DNA of 35,944 bases, from assembly GCF_001194135.2 (NCBI RefSeq), contig NC_069006.1, positions 12,495,691 through 12,531,634 on the forward strand, read 5' to 3'. A program made the translations under genes and the position numbers. The notes under the pieces are model-generated. The model saw nothing but the letters and a program-made list of their open reading frames with translations, made no database searches and had not been told where the DNA came from. This DNA comes from Octopus bimaculoides. Taxonomy: Eukaryota. This document shows, piece after piece, positions 1-12,352 of the stretch (position 1 is its first letter; each line of letters opens with the position of its first letter).

Positions 1-572
1 GAAGTTCAGAAATAGCAGCTAAAAAAGGGCTTGGTAAAAATTATTAATTGTTGATTTATTAATAAATTAATAAATTGATAAATCTTTACCCTTTTAATTT
101 GTAATAATTATATATATATAGTAGTTGGTAGGTGGTCAGCAGTGGTACAATCACCCTAGGGTGGTGCATTAATAATTGCAGAACAGTTGAAGCACAGAGC
201 ATAGTGTTGGGAACTACAACAATACCCAGCAGCAAACTACCAGACAGATGATCATTATCTGGTGCATAAGCACTCAACCAGTCCCCCCACACCCACCCAC
301 CGAATTTTGTCAGAGGACATGTTCTGTGCCCACCAGACACTGCTTCGTCACGTACACAGAGCTTTAGTTAAGTATAAACATTTTTTTTCCCAAAAATATA
401 TTTCCAGAATCAGGGTGCGTCTTCCACAATGCAACATCTAGCAAAATATGATATAAAACTCTGTGGGCGTGTGTGTGTGTGTGTCTGACAATGTTGATGA
501 TGATGATGATGATGATGATGGCAAAGACGATGAGGGTTAAGGTGGTGGTGATGATTATTTTGACATTTTCAG

Positions 573-697
573 TTTGACTGGCTGAAGTATTTCCGAAGTA
601 TCATCTCTCCAGATGTCCAAGAAAGTGAACAACTGGTCACCATAGCACCAAACTATCTCAAAAATATGTCACAACTCCTCAGTAGAACTCATAAAAG
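573..697 (+). CDS. M13 peptidase exon FDWLKYFRSIISPDVQESEQLVTIAPNYLKNMSQLLSRTHK(R)
   Basis: Acceptor ttttcag|, donor AG|gtctgt; 125 nt, phase 0 to 2. FDWLxY...PxYL pattern typical of M13. The split codon AG|A gives Arg with the next exon. Confidence 0.88.
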
Positions 698-809
698 GTC
701 TGTAACACCTCAACCATATTATCGCATGCACATTTACACAACACTACACAACCACACTAGAGGCACGTTTATGGCACATTATGACACTCTTATTTCAACT
801 TTTTTATAA

Positions 810-1467
810 CTCTCTCTCTCTCTCTCTCTCTCTCTTTTCATCACTTTCTCCCCCTCTTCTCCCCCTCCCTACATCTCTAACTTTTTGGCTCTCTATCTCT
901 CTCTTTCTTTATCTCCCTCTCTCTACAACACAGTCTTTCAACATCTCTCTGTCCACCTTGTATGCTTCTCTCTCTCTCTCTCTCTCTCTTTCTTTCTCTC
1001 TCTCTTTCTCTCTCTCTGTCTGTCTCTTTCTCTCTCTCTCTTTATCTGTCTAAATCTCTCTCCTCCTATGTATGCTTGTCACTGTCTCTCTTTTCTCTTT
1101 ATATCTCTCTCACTTTCTCTCTTTCTTTCTCATTTCAACCATCACTCTTTCTCTCTCCACCCTCTACACGTGTGTCTCTCTCACACACACACTTCCTTAT
1201 CTACATCTCCTGCTCTCTCTTTCTCTCTCTATTTCTCTATATCTCTCTCCTTCCTGTGTATATGAATGTGTGTGTGTATGTGTGTCTCTCTATTTATCTC
1301 TCTGTTTCTCTATCTTATCTCTTTCTCTTCTCTCTATATCTGCTCTCTCCTTCCTCGCATCTCTCACTTTCTTTTCTCTCTTGTCTCTTCTTCCCTATAC
1401 TGCTCTCCCTATCTCTCTCTCTCTCTCTCTTTCTCTCTGTGCATGTTACTCCCTCTCTCTCCTCCTC

Positions 1468-1510
<43 letters not shown>

Positions 1511-1523
1511 TTCTCTCTCTCTT

Positions 1524-1580
<57 letters not shown>

Positions 1581-1590
1581 CTCCCTCTTA
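810..1590. repeat. Long degenerate (CT)n/(CTAT) microsatellite
   Basis: Visible dinucleotide tract; source of the LSLSLS ORFs. Confidence 0.95.
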
Positions 1591-1827
1591 TATGTTCTGA
1601 TGTGTCGTGGTGGTGTACTGGTTTTAGTGCAGTGTGTGCAGTGGCCGTTATGTGATGTAGTATGATTTAGTGCAGTGTAGTGAGGTGCAGTGTGATGTAG
1701 AGTGTCTTACTGTGGTGAGGTGTCATGTGATGTAACACTCTGGAGTGTAATAAGATGTGGTGTGATGCAGCATGATGAGGTGTTTTGTAAATTACTAAAT
1801 TAATTCTATTGTCTTCTACCAATTTAG

Positions 1828-1930
1828 AATTATAGCCAATTACATATTTTGGATTATGACCAAGGAACTATGTCCTCACCTCACACATGAGTATCGACTA
1901 TTAGATTATCGCTATAGGAAGGTTCTAGAG
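1828..1930 (+). CDS. M13 peptidase exon (R)IIANYIFWIMTKELCPHLTHEYRLLDYRYRKVLE
   Basis: Acceptor aatttag|, donor GAG|gtaagt; RxxANYxxW motif. An alternative in-frame GT at 1922 is discussed in findings. Confidence 0.9.
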
Positions 1931-3860
1931 GTAAGTGCCATTGCAGCCTTCCCACTTTTCATATCCACATTTCATGTTTCAATTTTCACAGTCAACATCT
2001 CACAGCTGTCAAGATATGGATGTCAACTGGTGAAATAAATAAACATATTCATCTCATACCCCCTCTCTTTCTTTATATATATATATATATATATATNNNN
2101 NNNNNNNNNNNNNNNNNNNNNNNNNNNNNNNNNNNNNNNNNNNNNNNNNNNNNNNNNNNNNNNNNNNNNNNNNNNNNNNNNNNNNNNNNNNNNNNNNNNN
2201 NNNNNNNNNNNNNNNNNNNNNNNNNNNNNNNNNNNNNNNNNNNNNNNNNNNNNNNNNNNNNNNNNNNNNNNNNNNNNNNNNNNNNNNNNNNNNNNNNNNN
2301 NNNNNNNNNNNNNNNNNNNNNNNNNNNNNNNNNNNNNNNNNNNNNNNNNNNNNNNNNNNNNNNNNNNNNNNNNNNNNNNNNNNNNNNNNNNNNNNNNNNN
2401 NNNNNNNNNNNNNNNNNNNNNNNNNNNNNNNNNNNNNNNNNNNNNNNNNNNNNNNNNNNNNNNNNNNNNNNNNNNNNNNNNNNNNNNNNNNNNNNNNNNN
2501 NNNNNNNNNNNNNNNNNNNNNNNNNNNNNNNNNNNNNNNNNNNNNNNNNNNNNNNNNNNNNNNNNNNNNNNNNNNNNNNNNNNNNNNNNNNNNNNNNNNN
2601 NNNNNNNNNNNNNNNNNNNNNNNNNNNNNNNNNNNNNNNNNNNNNNNNNNNNNNNNNNNNNNNNNNNNNNNNNNNNNNNNNNNNNNNNNNNNNNNNNNNN
2701 NNNNNNNNNNNNNNNNNNNNNNNNNNNNNNNNNNNNNNNNNNNNNNNNNNNNNNNNNNNNNNNNNNNNNNNNNNNNNNNNNNNNNNNNNNNNNNNNNNNN
2801 NNNNNNNNNNNNNNNNNNNNNNNNNNNNNNNNNNNNNNNNNNNTTATATAAATGGTTTCTTTATTAACAGGTGGTCCAAGTGCACAATAGACCATCAGAG
2901 GACGCTTTATTACATTAAGTTTGGACATAATTATCTGTAACTTAATGCAATAAAGTGTTCCCTTGATGATTTATTATGGTTGAGCATCTAAATGCACTTC
3001 GGACACTTATTGTAGGGCACCAAATAACCATAATGGTGAAACGTATGCATGGGAACCATAATAAAAACTTGTGTTAATCCCTATTTCTCCTACATCTGTT
3101 CTGTAGTTCAAAACAAGTAATACTACTCAGTATGGAAGTTACTTAAGAAATATACTGAAAGCAGACTGGATTATGATAATCTATGTGAAGCTCTAAACGT
3201 AATAGTAGCAGTCGTACATTGTTTTGTACAGACAATTTCTACTATATATATAAGGGGCCAAGACCTTTAGTGATTTGCTGTGCTTAAGACACATCAAGCC
3301 GAGTTAAATCATGGTCATGGCCAGTGACACGTAAAAGGCACCCACTGTATTCTTGGAATGGTTGGCATTAGGAAGGACATCCAGCCATAGGAACCAAGCC
3401 AAATCAGACTGGGGCCTTGTACAGCTGACTTACCAGTCTCAGTCAAAGCATGTAACTCATGCCAGCATGGGAAACAGAGTTTAAATGATGATGGTGATTA
3501 TATTTATATAGAAATATTATTGCCGTTATTAATAGTATTAATAATGTAATAATCAGGTGGCTAGCAAGTTCACACTGTTACAGGCACAATATGAGGTAAA
3601 TTTAGATACTATAGGGTATATAATACCACTTGCTAAAATCAGAGCCAATGCTCTAAAACCACCATAAACTCACGATAAAGATACGCACGAGCAATGCAAT
3701 GAACATATGAGAAATAGGCTTACCTTTGCGTTGAATACATCAGTAAGTAATGTGTATTTCAACATCAATTGATTTCATGCTTTACATGAAAAACATACTC
3801 TTCGATCTTCAGTTGAAAATAACATTTTAACATCTATTTCTAAAATATTCACTACATTAG

Positions 3861-3948
<88 letters not shown>

Positions 3949-4616
3949 TGACTTCTTTATCCAATATATCATCACCATCTCATCATCCTCATTTAATATG
4001 TTTAATGTCTATCTTCCATGCTGACATAGGTTGGACAGCCTGACAGGATCCAATGTACCCTAGGATAAAATCTCTTATAGACTCGCTGTATTAAGACACA
4101 CCAATATCAGAGAGTGAAACAAAATATTCATCCTAACAACATGGCAAACTCATAAGAGATGTTGTCACAGGACAAATACCACAGTAACTGGCCTATTGAT
4201 AGTGTGTATAAATTAAATATGATTATATAGATGAATATTTTAATTTAAATTTGCCTCAGTTGCATATACTGAATGTTTAATCAGTCAGGCACCTATTTGC
4301 AACATCAGTGAATGTTTTATTCACTTTTTCCTATATCATAGATGACAAATTCACATCTGAGCATGTAGATGGGTGTGAGTATACACCAATGAAAAAACAC
4401 TGGAAGGCTGAAATACATCTGGTGCTCTCACTGGCCACTGCTGGAATGAATTTTCATCTGTCTCCCATATTTGTCATGTTTTTAATACAGTAAGTCCTTA
4501 AGAGATGTTATCTTTGGACAAATACTGCAGTAACAGGCCTATCAACCATATACATTCATTAAGTATGATACTTAGATGACTATTTTAATTTAATATTGTC
4601 TCAAATTGTATATACC

Positions 4617-4655
<39 letters not shown>

Positions 4656-5089
4656 NNNNNNNNNNNNNNNNNNNNNNNNNNNNNNNNNNNNNNNNNNNNN
4701 NNNNNNNNNNNNNNNNNNNNNNNNNNNNNNNNNNNNNNNNNNNNNNNNNNNNNNNNNNNNNNNNNNNNNNNNNNNNNNNNNNNNNNNNNNNNNNNNNNNN
4801 NNNNNNNNNNNNNNNNNNNNNNNNNNNNNNNNNNNNNNNNNNNNNNNNNNNNNNNNNNNNNNNNNNNNNNNNNNNNNNNNNNNNNNNNNNNNNNNNNNNN
4901 NNNNNNNNNNNNNNNNNNNNNNNNNNNNNNNNNNNNNNNNNNNNNNNNNNNNNNNNNNNNNNNNNNNNNNNNNNNNNNNNNNNNNNNNNNNNNNNNNNNN
5001 NNNNNNNNNNNNNNNNNNNNNNNNNNNNNNNNNNNNNNNNNNNNNNNNNNNNNNNNNNNNNNNNNNNNNNATATATGCACACACACACA

Positions 5090-5390
5090 TACTTTTTTAT
5101 AAACCTTGTACTTATTTTATCAGTCTGTTTTGCCAAACCACTGATATAGGGGTGTAAACACACCAACACCAGTTGTCAAGCAGTGGTGGCCAACAAACAC
5201 AGGCATAAACACACACACACATATATACACACACAATGGGCTTCTTTCAGTTTCCATCTACCAAATCTTCTTACAAAGCCTTGGCTGGCCCGAGGTCATA
5301 GTAGAAGACACATCCAAGGTGCAATGCAGTGGAACTGAACACGAAACCATGTGGTTTGAAAGCAAACTTCTTACCATACAGCCATATTGT
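5090..5390 (-). mobile_element. Diverged copy of the same SINE family
   Basis: gggcttctttcagtttcc...ccaaggtg...ggaactgaac...aaaccatgtggt. Further decayed copies at ~5570-5770, 8440-8560, 22150-22310, 23600-23830 (+), 26040-26200, 28340-28690, 30930-31110 (+) and 31395-31545. Confidence 0.7.
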
Positions 5391-5785
5391 CACCATCATC
5401 ATCATCATCATTATCTAATGCTCGTTTTCCATGCTGGCATGGGTTGGATGGTTTGACAGAAAACTGCACCAGGCTTCACTGTCTGTTTTGCATAGATTTT
5501 ATGGCTTGATGCCCTTCCTAATGCCAATGTGTGTGTGTGTGTGTGTGTGTGTGCATGTGATGAGCTTCTACATAGTCTCTGTCTAAGAACTTAATTCACA
5601 AGTCATTGTTTGGCCTGAGGGTTATAATAGAAGACACTTTTCCACAACTTCAACCACTGCCATCATCACTATTAACCACTAAGTTATGGGGATGTAAACA
5701 AACCAACACCAATTGTCAAGCAGAGTTGGTTGTGAAACTAACTCCTTAACCATACAGCCATACCTGCCTCTGAGACATTTTTTTA

Positions 5786-5857
<72 letters not shown>

Positions 5858-6101
5858 TTCTNNNNNNNNNNNNNNNNNNNNNNNNNNNNNNNNNNNNNNN
5901 NNNNNNNNNNNNNNNNNNNNNNNNNNNNNNNNNNNNNNNNNNNNNNNNNNNNNNNNNNNNNNNNNNNNNNNNNNNNNNNNNNNNNNNNNNNNNNNNNNNN
6001 NNNNNNNNNNNNNNNNNNNNNNNNNNNNNNNNNNNNNNNNNNNNNNNNNNNNNNNNNNNNNNNNNNNNNNNNNNNNNNNNNNNNNNNNNNNNNNNNNNNN
6101 N

Positions 6102-6180
6102 CTTTATAAACACTGAAATTGGTCATGCTGTCGGAGCCCTTTTTGTCAGTGAACATTTCAAGAAAGAAAACAAAGACATT
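6102..6180 (+). CDS. M13 peptidase exon, 5' part hidden in gap: ...FINTEIGHAVGALFVSEHFKKENKDI
   Basis: AVGALFV matches the M13 AVGxLYV helix; donor ATT|gtaagt. The acceptor and RWxxC segment must lie in N gap 5862-6101. Confidence 0.9.
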
Positions 6181-6394
6181 GTAAGTAGTTTTTTTTTGCC
6201 TTTTTTATATATGATAAATGTGTGCGTGTGTGTATGTCTTTATGTGTGCATATGTGTGTGCGTGTGTGTGTGTGTGTGTGTATGTCTGTATGTGTGCATA
6301 TGTGTGTGCACGTGTGTGTGTGTCTGTGTGTGTGTGTGTGTGTATAATACAAAACCACATAAATACAAATACAAAATCAAAATACAAACATGAG

Positions 6395-6585
6395 CGAAGA
6401 AAGAAAAAAAAAAGGAAGGAAGAAAGAAAAAAAGGAGAGGAAGAAAGGAAAAAAAAGGGAAGGAAGAAAGAAAAAAAGGAAAGGAAGAAAGAAAAAAAAG
6501 GAGGAAGGGAGAAAGAAAAAAAGAAGAGGAAGAAAGGAAAAAAGGGAAGGAAGAAAGAAAAAAAGGAGGAAGGGAGAAAGAAAAA
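6395..6585. repeat. Pure polypurine (GAAA/GGAA) tract
   Basis: About 190 nt of only A and G on the + strand, following a (TG)n tract at ~6220-6340. Confidence 0.9.
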
Positions 6586-6834
6586 ATCATTAATTCAACC
6601 CAATGCCTCAACTGGTCACACACAAGGTTCAACGGAGCCTACTGAAGCAGACCAGCACACTTGGCTGCATTACTATGGGTGATGGCAAGGCTAAGGTGTT
6701 AGAACAGCCAAGTGCTTCATAGGCCACCTGACACCATCATAAGGCAAGCTGTCAGTGGTGACAAAGACTTTGCTGCTAGAGACCCAGATGTTAAATCTGC
6801 TTCTCACCATGTAACAATAATATATATGTACAGG

Positions 6835-7060
6835 TTGTGGCTGTGGTGGTTGGGATTAGGATCATGGTTGTTGTTGTTGTGCTGTTTCTGCTGTCACTGT
6901 GACTGAGGTTGTTAATGTGACTGTTGTCGATGTTTCAGTTGTTGTTTTTGTGGTTGTGGTTGTTGTTATTGTTAAATTGTTTCTGCTGTTGTGATTGTGG
7001 TTGTTGTGTTTGCAGTTGTTATTTCTGCTGATGTTGTTGTTTGTATTATTATTGTTGTTT
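6835..7060. repeat. Degenerate (GTT)n microsatellite
   Basis: Visible gttgtt/gtggtt repeats. Confidence 0.85.
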
Positions 7061-7136
7061 AGAAGCACAGCTTTACCCCCACACCCAGTACGCCTGTCAG
7101 CATTCCTGAAGGTAGGCACCATTCACATTCCATCCA

Positions 7137-7520
7137 TCTAGCCATATGTAGGTACCATGATTAGAGGTACAGTCTACCTAACTTTACATAGGTACTGTGA
7201 TCTGAAGTACAGTCTTCCTAGTTGCAGACACATACCAAGGTATGAAGTACAGACCACTTACCATAATGGGAAGCAAAGACTACCAAGCTGTAAGTAGGTG
7301 CCATGGTGTGAGGCACAATCCACCTAGCTGTAGATAGATACCATGATGTTAAGTACAGTCTACCTAGATAGGTACCATAATGTAAGGTACAGCTCACCTA
7401 GCTGTAGATAGGTACCACAATGGCAGTGCAGCCCACCTAGCTGTGGATAGATACCATGATATAAGGTACAGTCTGCCTAACTGTAGAAAGGTACCATGAC
7501 ATGAGATACAGACCATCTGA
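7137..7520. repeat. ~40-bp degenerate minisatellite, roughly 9 copies
   Basis: Recurring ggtaccatgatgtaaggtacagtctacctagctgtagata-like unit. Confidence 0.85.
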
Positions 7521-7689
7521 TCATTGCTTTGTATTGAGCCAGAAGTGGATCACTGATGATTTCTTGGTGTTGATGCATTTCTGATAATGATAATGGTCTT
7601 GAGTTGTAACCCAGCTCAAAACCCTTTCCATAAACATGATAAAAATATTTACATCTGACAATGAATCCTGTTCAAACAAGATTTACAAA

Positions 7690-7733
<44 letters not shown>

Positions 7734-8064
7734 CTTTTATAAGTAATATTCTAAGAATATATAACTGAACTTATATTGAGTGCTCAATTATTTTGAGCAA
7801 ATAAATGTGTATATATGTGTTTTTATATTATTAATAAATTCATGAACTTATCAATAATATACTCAGGAAATCAATATTTAATATTTCGAAAAACATACAT
7901 CCAATATTAAAACATTAGAAATATTAAAAAATTAAAAATAATAATAAAATATATACTGTCCTTCCTATAAATTGTAAAATTAATCCTTCTGAAATATGTA
8001 AAGTTCATTCCTTTCGTCATTTGTTGAAATTTTAAGTGTTAAACAATATATACACACAGACACT

Positions 8065-8372
8065 CTGTTAGTTACGAAAACAAGGGTTCCAATTGATCCG
8101 ATCAATGGAACACCCTGCTCATGAAATTAACGTACAAGTGATTGAGCACGCTACAGACATGCATACCCTTAAGAAAGTTCTCAGGGAGATTCAGCGTGAC
8201 ACGGAATGTGAAAGGGTTGGCCATTTGAAATACTGGTACTGCTCATTTTTGCCAAGTAGACTGGAGCAATGTGAAATAAGTGTCTTGCTCAAGGACACAA
8301 TGTGCCACCAGGAATTGAACTCATGACTTTGCAATCGTGAGTCAAATACCCAAACCACCATACCACATGCCT
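8065..8372 (-). mobile_element. Second tRNA-derived SINE family with CORE-like domain
   Basis: ctggagcaatgtgaaataagtgtcttgctcaaggacaca (reverse complement of a CORE-like segment) and a tRNA-like head at the right end. Related copies at ~9750-10010 (+) and ~15170-15500 (-). Confidence 0.65.
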
Positions 8373-8380
8373 ACACACTC

Positions 8381-8411
<31 letters not shown>

Positions 8412-8598
8412 CACATCTATAAAAATACACATACATATGCACATTGGGTTTCTTTCAGTTTCTGTCAAACAAATCTATTCACAAAGCTTTGGTCAGGTCA
8501 AGGCTCTAATACAAAACACCTGTCCAAGGTGCCAAGCAGTGGGGCTGAACCTAAACCATGCATATATAATTAACAATCTGTTGTATTCCTTTCCCCAG

Positions 8599-8697
8599 GC
8601 TCTGGAGATGATACAAAACATTCGAAATGCCTTCAACAAACTCCTTGACGACAATACGTGGATGGATGAAGAAACTAGAAAATTTGCTAAGGAAAAG
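8599..8697 (+). CDS. M13 peptidase exon ALEMIQNIRNAFNKLLDDNTWMDEETRKFAKEK
   Basis: Acceptor ttccccag|, donor AAG|gtgagt; 99 nt, phase 0-0; WMDxxT..A.EK motif. Confidence 0.96.
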
Positions 8698-9047
8698 GTG
8701 AGTTCATGTTATGGCAGTCCCTGCCCCCACCTCAGAAGCACTCGATGTAAGGGTGAGGCTGTTCTATTGGTGATGTTGGTGGTGGTGGTGGTGGTGGTGT
8801 TATTGCTGTTGTTATTGTCAGAGGTGTCTTTGGTAATAAGGTGCATCAAAGTGGGACCTATTGAACAGAGTTGGTTTAACATTGAAACTGGAAATCCTGG
8901 ATATGGAAACAGTAATGTTCCTATTGTGGAGTATATTTGATAAGCAGAAAAACCAAGAAGAAGTGGGAGGCAAAGATTTTCCATAAAGGTAATATCAAAA
9001 CTCTTTGCCTCTCGTCTCTTTTTGTTTGTTTTTTTTCTGCTTGTATA

Positions 9048-9087
<40 letters not shown>

Positions 9088-10419
9088 GTCTTTTTATTCT
9101 TTTACTTGTTTCAGTCATTTGACTGTGGCCATGCTGGAGCACTGCCTTTAGTCGAGCAAATCGACCCCAGGACTTATTCTTTGGAAGCCTAGTACTTATT
9201 CTATCGGTCTCTTTTGCCGAGCTGCTAAGTTACGGGGACATAAACACACCAGCATCGGTTGTCAAGCGATGTTGCGGGGACAAACACAGACACACAAACA
9301 CACATATATATATACACATANNNNNNNNNNNNNNNNNNNNNNNNNNNNNNNNNNNNNNNNNNNNNNNNNNNNNNNNNNNNNNNNNNNNNNNNNNNNNNNN
9401 NNNNNNNNNNNNNNNNNNNNNNNNNNNNNNNNNNNNNNNNNNNNNNNNNNNNNNNNNNNNNNNNNNNNNNNNNNNNNNNNNNNNNNNNNNNNNNNNNNNN
9501 NNNNNNNNNNNNNNNNNNNNNNNNNNNNNNNNNNNNNNNNNNNNNNNNNNNNNNNNNNNNNNNNNNNNNNNNNNNNNNNNNNNNNNNNNNNNNNNNNNNN
9601 NNNNNNNNNNNNNNNNNNNNNNNNATATATATATATATATATTTAAATAAAGTCAGGAGGTATTTATTTAACCATGTGACTTCTATAGGCTAACAGTTGT
9701 TTCCAACTTTCTTCTTATAGTATTAATTTTGATGTGGAAGAAATCATACGAAGGCATGTGGCCTAGTGGTTATGGTGTTGCACTCGCAATTGCTAGGTAG
9801 TGATTTCAATTCCCAGCCTGTGTGGCACACTTCATTTTACATTGCTCTGCAATCATTTCAACACCTGACATGTGAAACATTTGTATACCTGTACAGGAAA
9901 TATTGATTTTATGGAGTGAGCTAATCTGCAGCACATACATTTGATCACTATAAACAAATCATTTATGAAGGCATTCAGCAAAAACTGAACACTTGTACAT
10001 CGTCTTTGACTTGAGATTCCATTGAGGAAAAAAAAAGAAAAGTGTACATGTATTTGCATTAATATACAGTACTGCACAAAAATTTTCGGCCACTTTAAAC
10101 TATTGCAAATTTCTACTAACTGCCAACTTATAGTGGATGTTTTGCATTGTGGTTTTTACAGATGAAACATTGGCCATGTTGGAGTCATTTCCACACCTAA
10201 TCATTATATTTGGTAGTAGGGGTTCTGAATGGTGGCTGAAGGCTTTTGCACGGTACTGTATATGCTCAGCATTATACAATACAATTGTATATTCAAATAT
10301 TAGAGTAAAAAAAGAAAGCTTGCTCATCAGATCACTGGTACACCATGGTTACACCAGCCAAATGATCTTATACTACTAATGTCTACATACATACATGTGT
10401 GTGTGTGTGTATATCTCTC

Positions 10420-10813
10420 GTATTTGTTTCAGTCATTTGACTGCGGCCATGCTGGAGCACCGCCTTTAGTCGAGAAAATCGACTCCAGGATTTATTCTTT
10501 GTAAGCCTAGTACTTATTCTATCGGTCTCTTTTTGCCGAACCGCTAAGTTACGGGGACCTAAACACACCAGCATCGGTTGTCAAGCGATGCTGGGGGGAC
10601 AAACACAGACACACAAACACACATNNNNNNNNNNATATATACATATATACGACGGGCTTCTTTCAGTTTCCGTCTACCAAATCCACTCACAAGGCTTTGG
10701 TCAGCCCGAGGTTATAATAGAAGACACTTGCCCAAGGTGCCACACAGTGGGACTGAACCCGGAACCATGTGGTTGATAAGCAAGCTACTTACCACACAGC
10801 CACTCCTGCGCCT
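10420..10813 (-). mobile_element. tRNA-derived CORE-type SINE, near full length
   Basis: Reverse complement begins aggagtggctgtgtggtaag...ggttcagtccc (A/B-box-like), then ccttgggcaagtgtctt (CORE-like), an internal microsatellite and a tail shared with copies at ~9105-9300 and ~11350-11450. Confidence 0.8.
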
Positions 10814-11144
10814 ATATATATATATATATATATATTCAAGATGTTAAAAATAAGAATGGAGAATTATACATTCTCAAAAATTTGTTTACTGCAGTATTAT
10901 ATACAATACATTCACTTTAAATCTCAATCCAACACATCTTGATTACACACTCTGTATACCGTATAAAATCCAAAGAAGCAAACTCAGGATTTACCCATCG
11001 AGTGAAATACTGTGTAATTGTTTTCTTTAAACAATTCCCTGTTGTTCCATATCATCTGATGGGGTTAACCAGAATTTGGATTATACAAAACTTTGTAAGG
11101 TATCTGTCTGGATTCAAAATCCCTATTTCTTTACATTTTATATT

Positions 11145-11304
11145 AGGAGTGGCTGTGTGGCAAGTAGCTTGCTTACGAACCACATGGTTCCGGGTTCAGT
11201 CCCACTGCATGGCACCTTGGGCAAGTGTCTTCTACTATAGCCTCGGGCCGACCAAAGCCTTGTGAGTGGATTTGGTAGACAGAAACTGAAAGAAGCCCGT
11301 CGTA

Positions 11305-11347
<43 letters not shown>

Positions 11348-11450
11348 TTGCATGTCTGTGTTTGTCCCCCCCACCATTGCTTGACAACCGATGGTGGTAT
11401 GTTTACGTCCCCATAATGTAGTGGTTCAGCAAAAGAGACCGATAGAATAA
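11145..11450 (+). mobile_element. tRNA-derived CORE-type SINE, same family as 10420-10813, opposite orientation
   Basis: 11145-11301 differs from the reverse complement of 10651-10807 at about 9 of 157 positions (hand count); runs into a gap. Confidence 0.82.
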
Positions 11451-12023
11451 NNNNNNNNNNNNNNNNNNNNNNNNNNNNNNNNNNNNNNNNNNNNNNNNNN
11501 NNNNNNNNNNNNNNNNNNNNNNNNNNNNNNNNNNNNNNNNNNNNNNNNNNNNNNNNNNNNNNNNNNNNNNNNNNNNNNNNNNNNNNNNNNNNNNNNNNNN
11601 NNNNNNNNNNNNNNNNNNNNNNNNNNNNNNNNNNNNNNNNNNNNNNNNNNNNNNNNNNNNNNNNNNNNNNNNNNNNNNNNNNNNNNNNNNNNNNNNNNNN
11701 NNNNNNNNNNNNNNNNNNNNNNNNNNNNNNNNNNNNNNNNNNNNNNNNNNNNNNNNNNNNNNNNNNNNNNNNNNNNNNNNNNNNNNNNNNNNNNNNNNNN
11801 NNNNNNNNNNNNNNNNNNNNNNNNNNNNNNNNNNNNNNNNNNNNNNNNNNNNNNNNNNNNNNNNNNNNNNNNNNNNNNNNNNNNNNNNNNNNNNNNNNNN
11901 NNNNNNNNNNNNNNNNNNNNNNNNNNNNNNNNNNNNNNNNNNNNNNNNNNNNNNNNNNNNNNNNNNNNNNNNNNNNNNNNNNNNNNNNNNNNNNNNNNNN
12001 NNNNNNNNNNNNNNNNNNNNNNN

Positions 12024-12061
<38 letters not shown>

Positions 12062-12352
12062 TAATAAAAACAATTGTTTGCAACATTATACTGAAGAGGA
12101 AAATTATAGTTGTAAACTAACCTTTACTAAGGGTGTGAATAACACCTACATTGCTAGAAATAGGAGCTAAACTGCTCCAATGCTGTTACAAAGCACATAT
12201 CATATACTCTGATAGAGGCTGCAGTCACCCTGGACACCAAACCGAGAATTCCTTAGACTGACCATTTAGTTTTGGCTATTGCTGTAGCCGTCTTCAGTAA
12301 AGCCAGCACATTCAGTTGATTCCAGGCTAGCTCGCCTATCAGAGTATATATA

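Noticed and set aside
350-440. Possible pogo/Tigger-like terminal fragment (aatcagggtgcgtctt)
   Set aside because: Too short and degraded to support without a library search.
781-1665. Overlapping 90-212 aa ORFs rich in LSLSLS
   Set aside because: Translations of the (CT)n microsatellite.
2871-2940. RWSKC after a plausible acceptor (ttattaacag), resembling the M13 RWxxC motif
   Set aside because: It would need a phase-2 join but the previous exon ends in phase 0. There is no good donor, the frame runs to a stop, and downstream residues do not align. The real RWxxC should sit in gap 5862-6101. A micro-exon hidden in gap 2097-2843 cannot be fully excluded.
2020-2940. Long ORFs spanning N runs (also 4585-5169, 9259-9693, 11403-12086, 13472-13750, 21716-22187, 33229-33636)
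   Set aside because: Open only because N codons contain no stops.
6218-6682. Lys/Glu/Arg-rich and VCVC ORFs
   Set aside because: Translations of (TG)n and polypurine tracts inside an intron.
7137-7520. Possible CRISPR-like array (also 29045-29460)
   Set aside because: Units are contiguous and degenerate with no unique spacers, no cas genes, and a eukaryotic context.
9750-9830. tRNA-like sequence with A- and B-box
   Set aside because: No complete cloverleaf; it continues into a SINE body and has relatives at ~8300-8372 and ~15430-15500, so it is a SINE head.
10939-11110. Candidate for the missing exon (…NQNLDYTKLCK|gtatct)
   Set aside because: No IGYP motif, no suitable acceptor and no similarity to the expected peptide.
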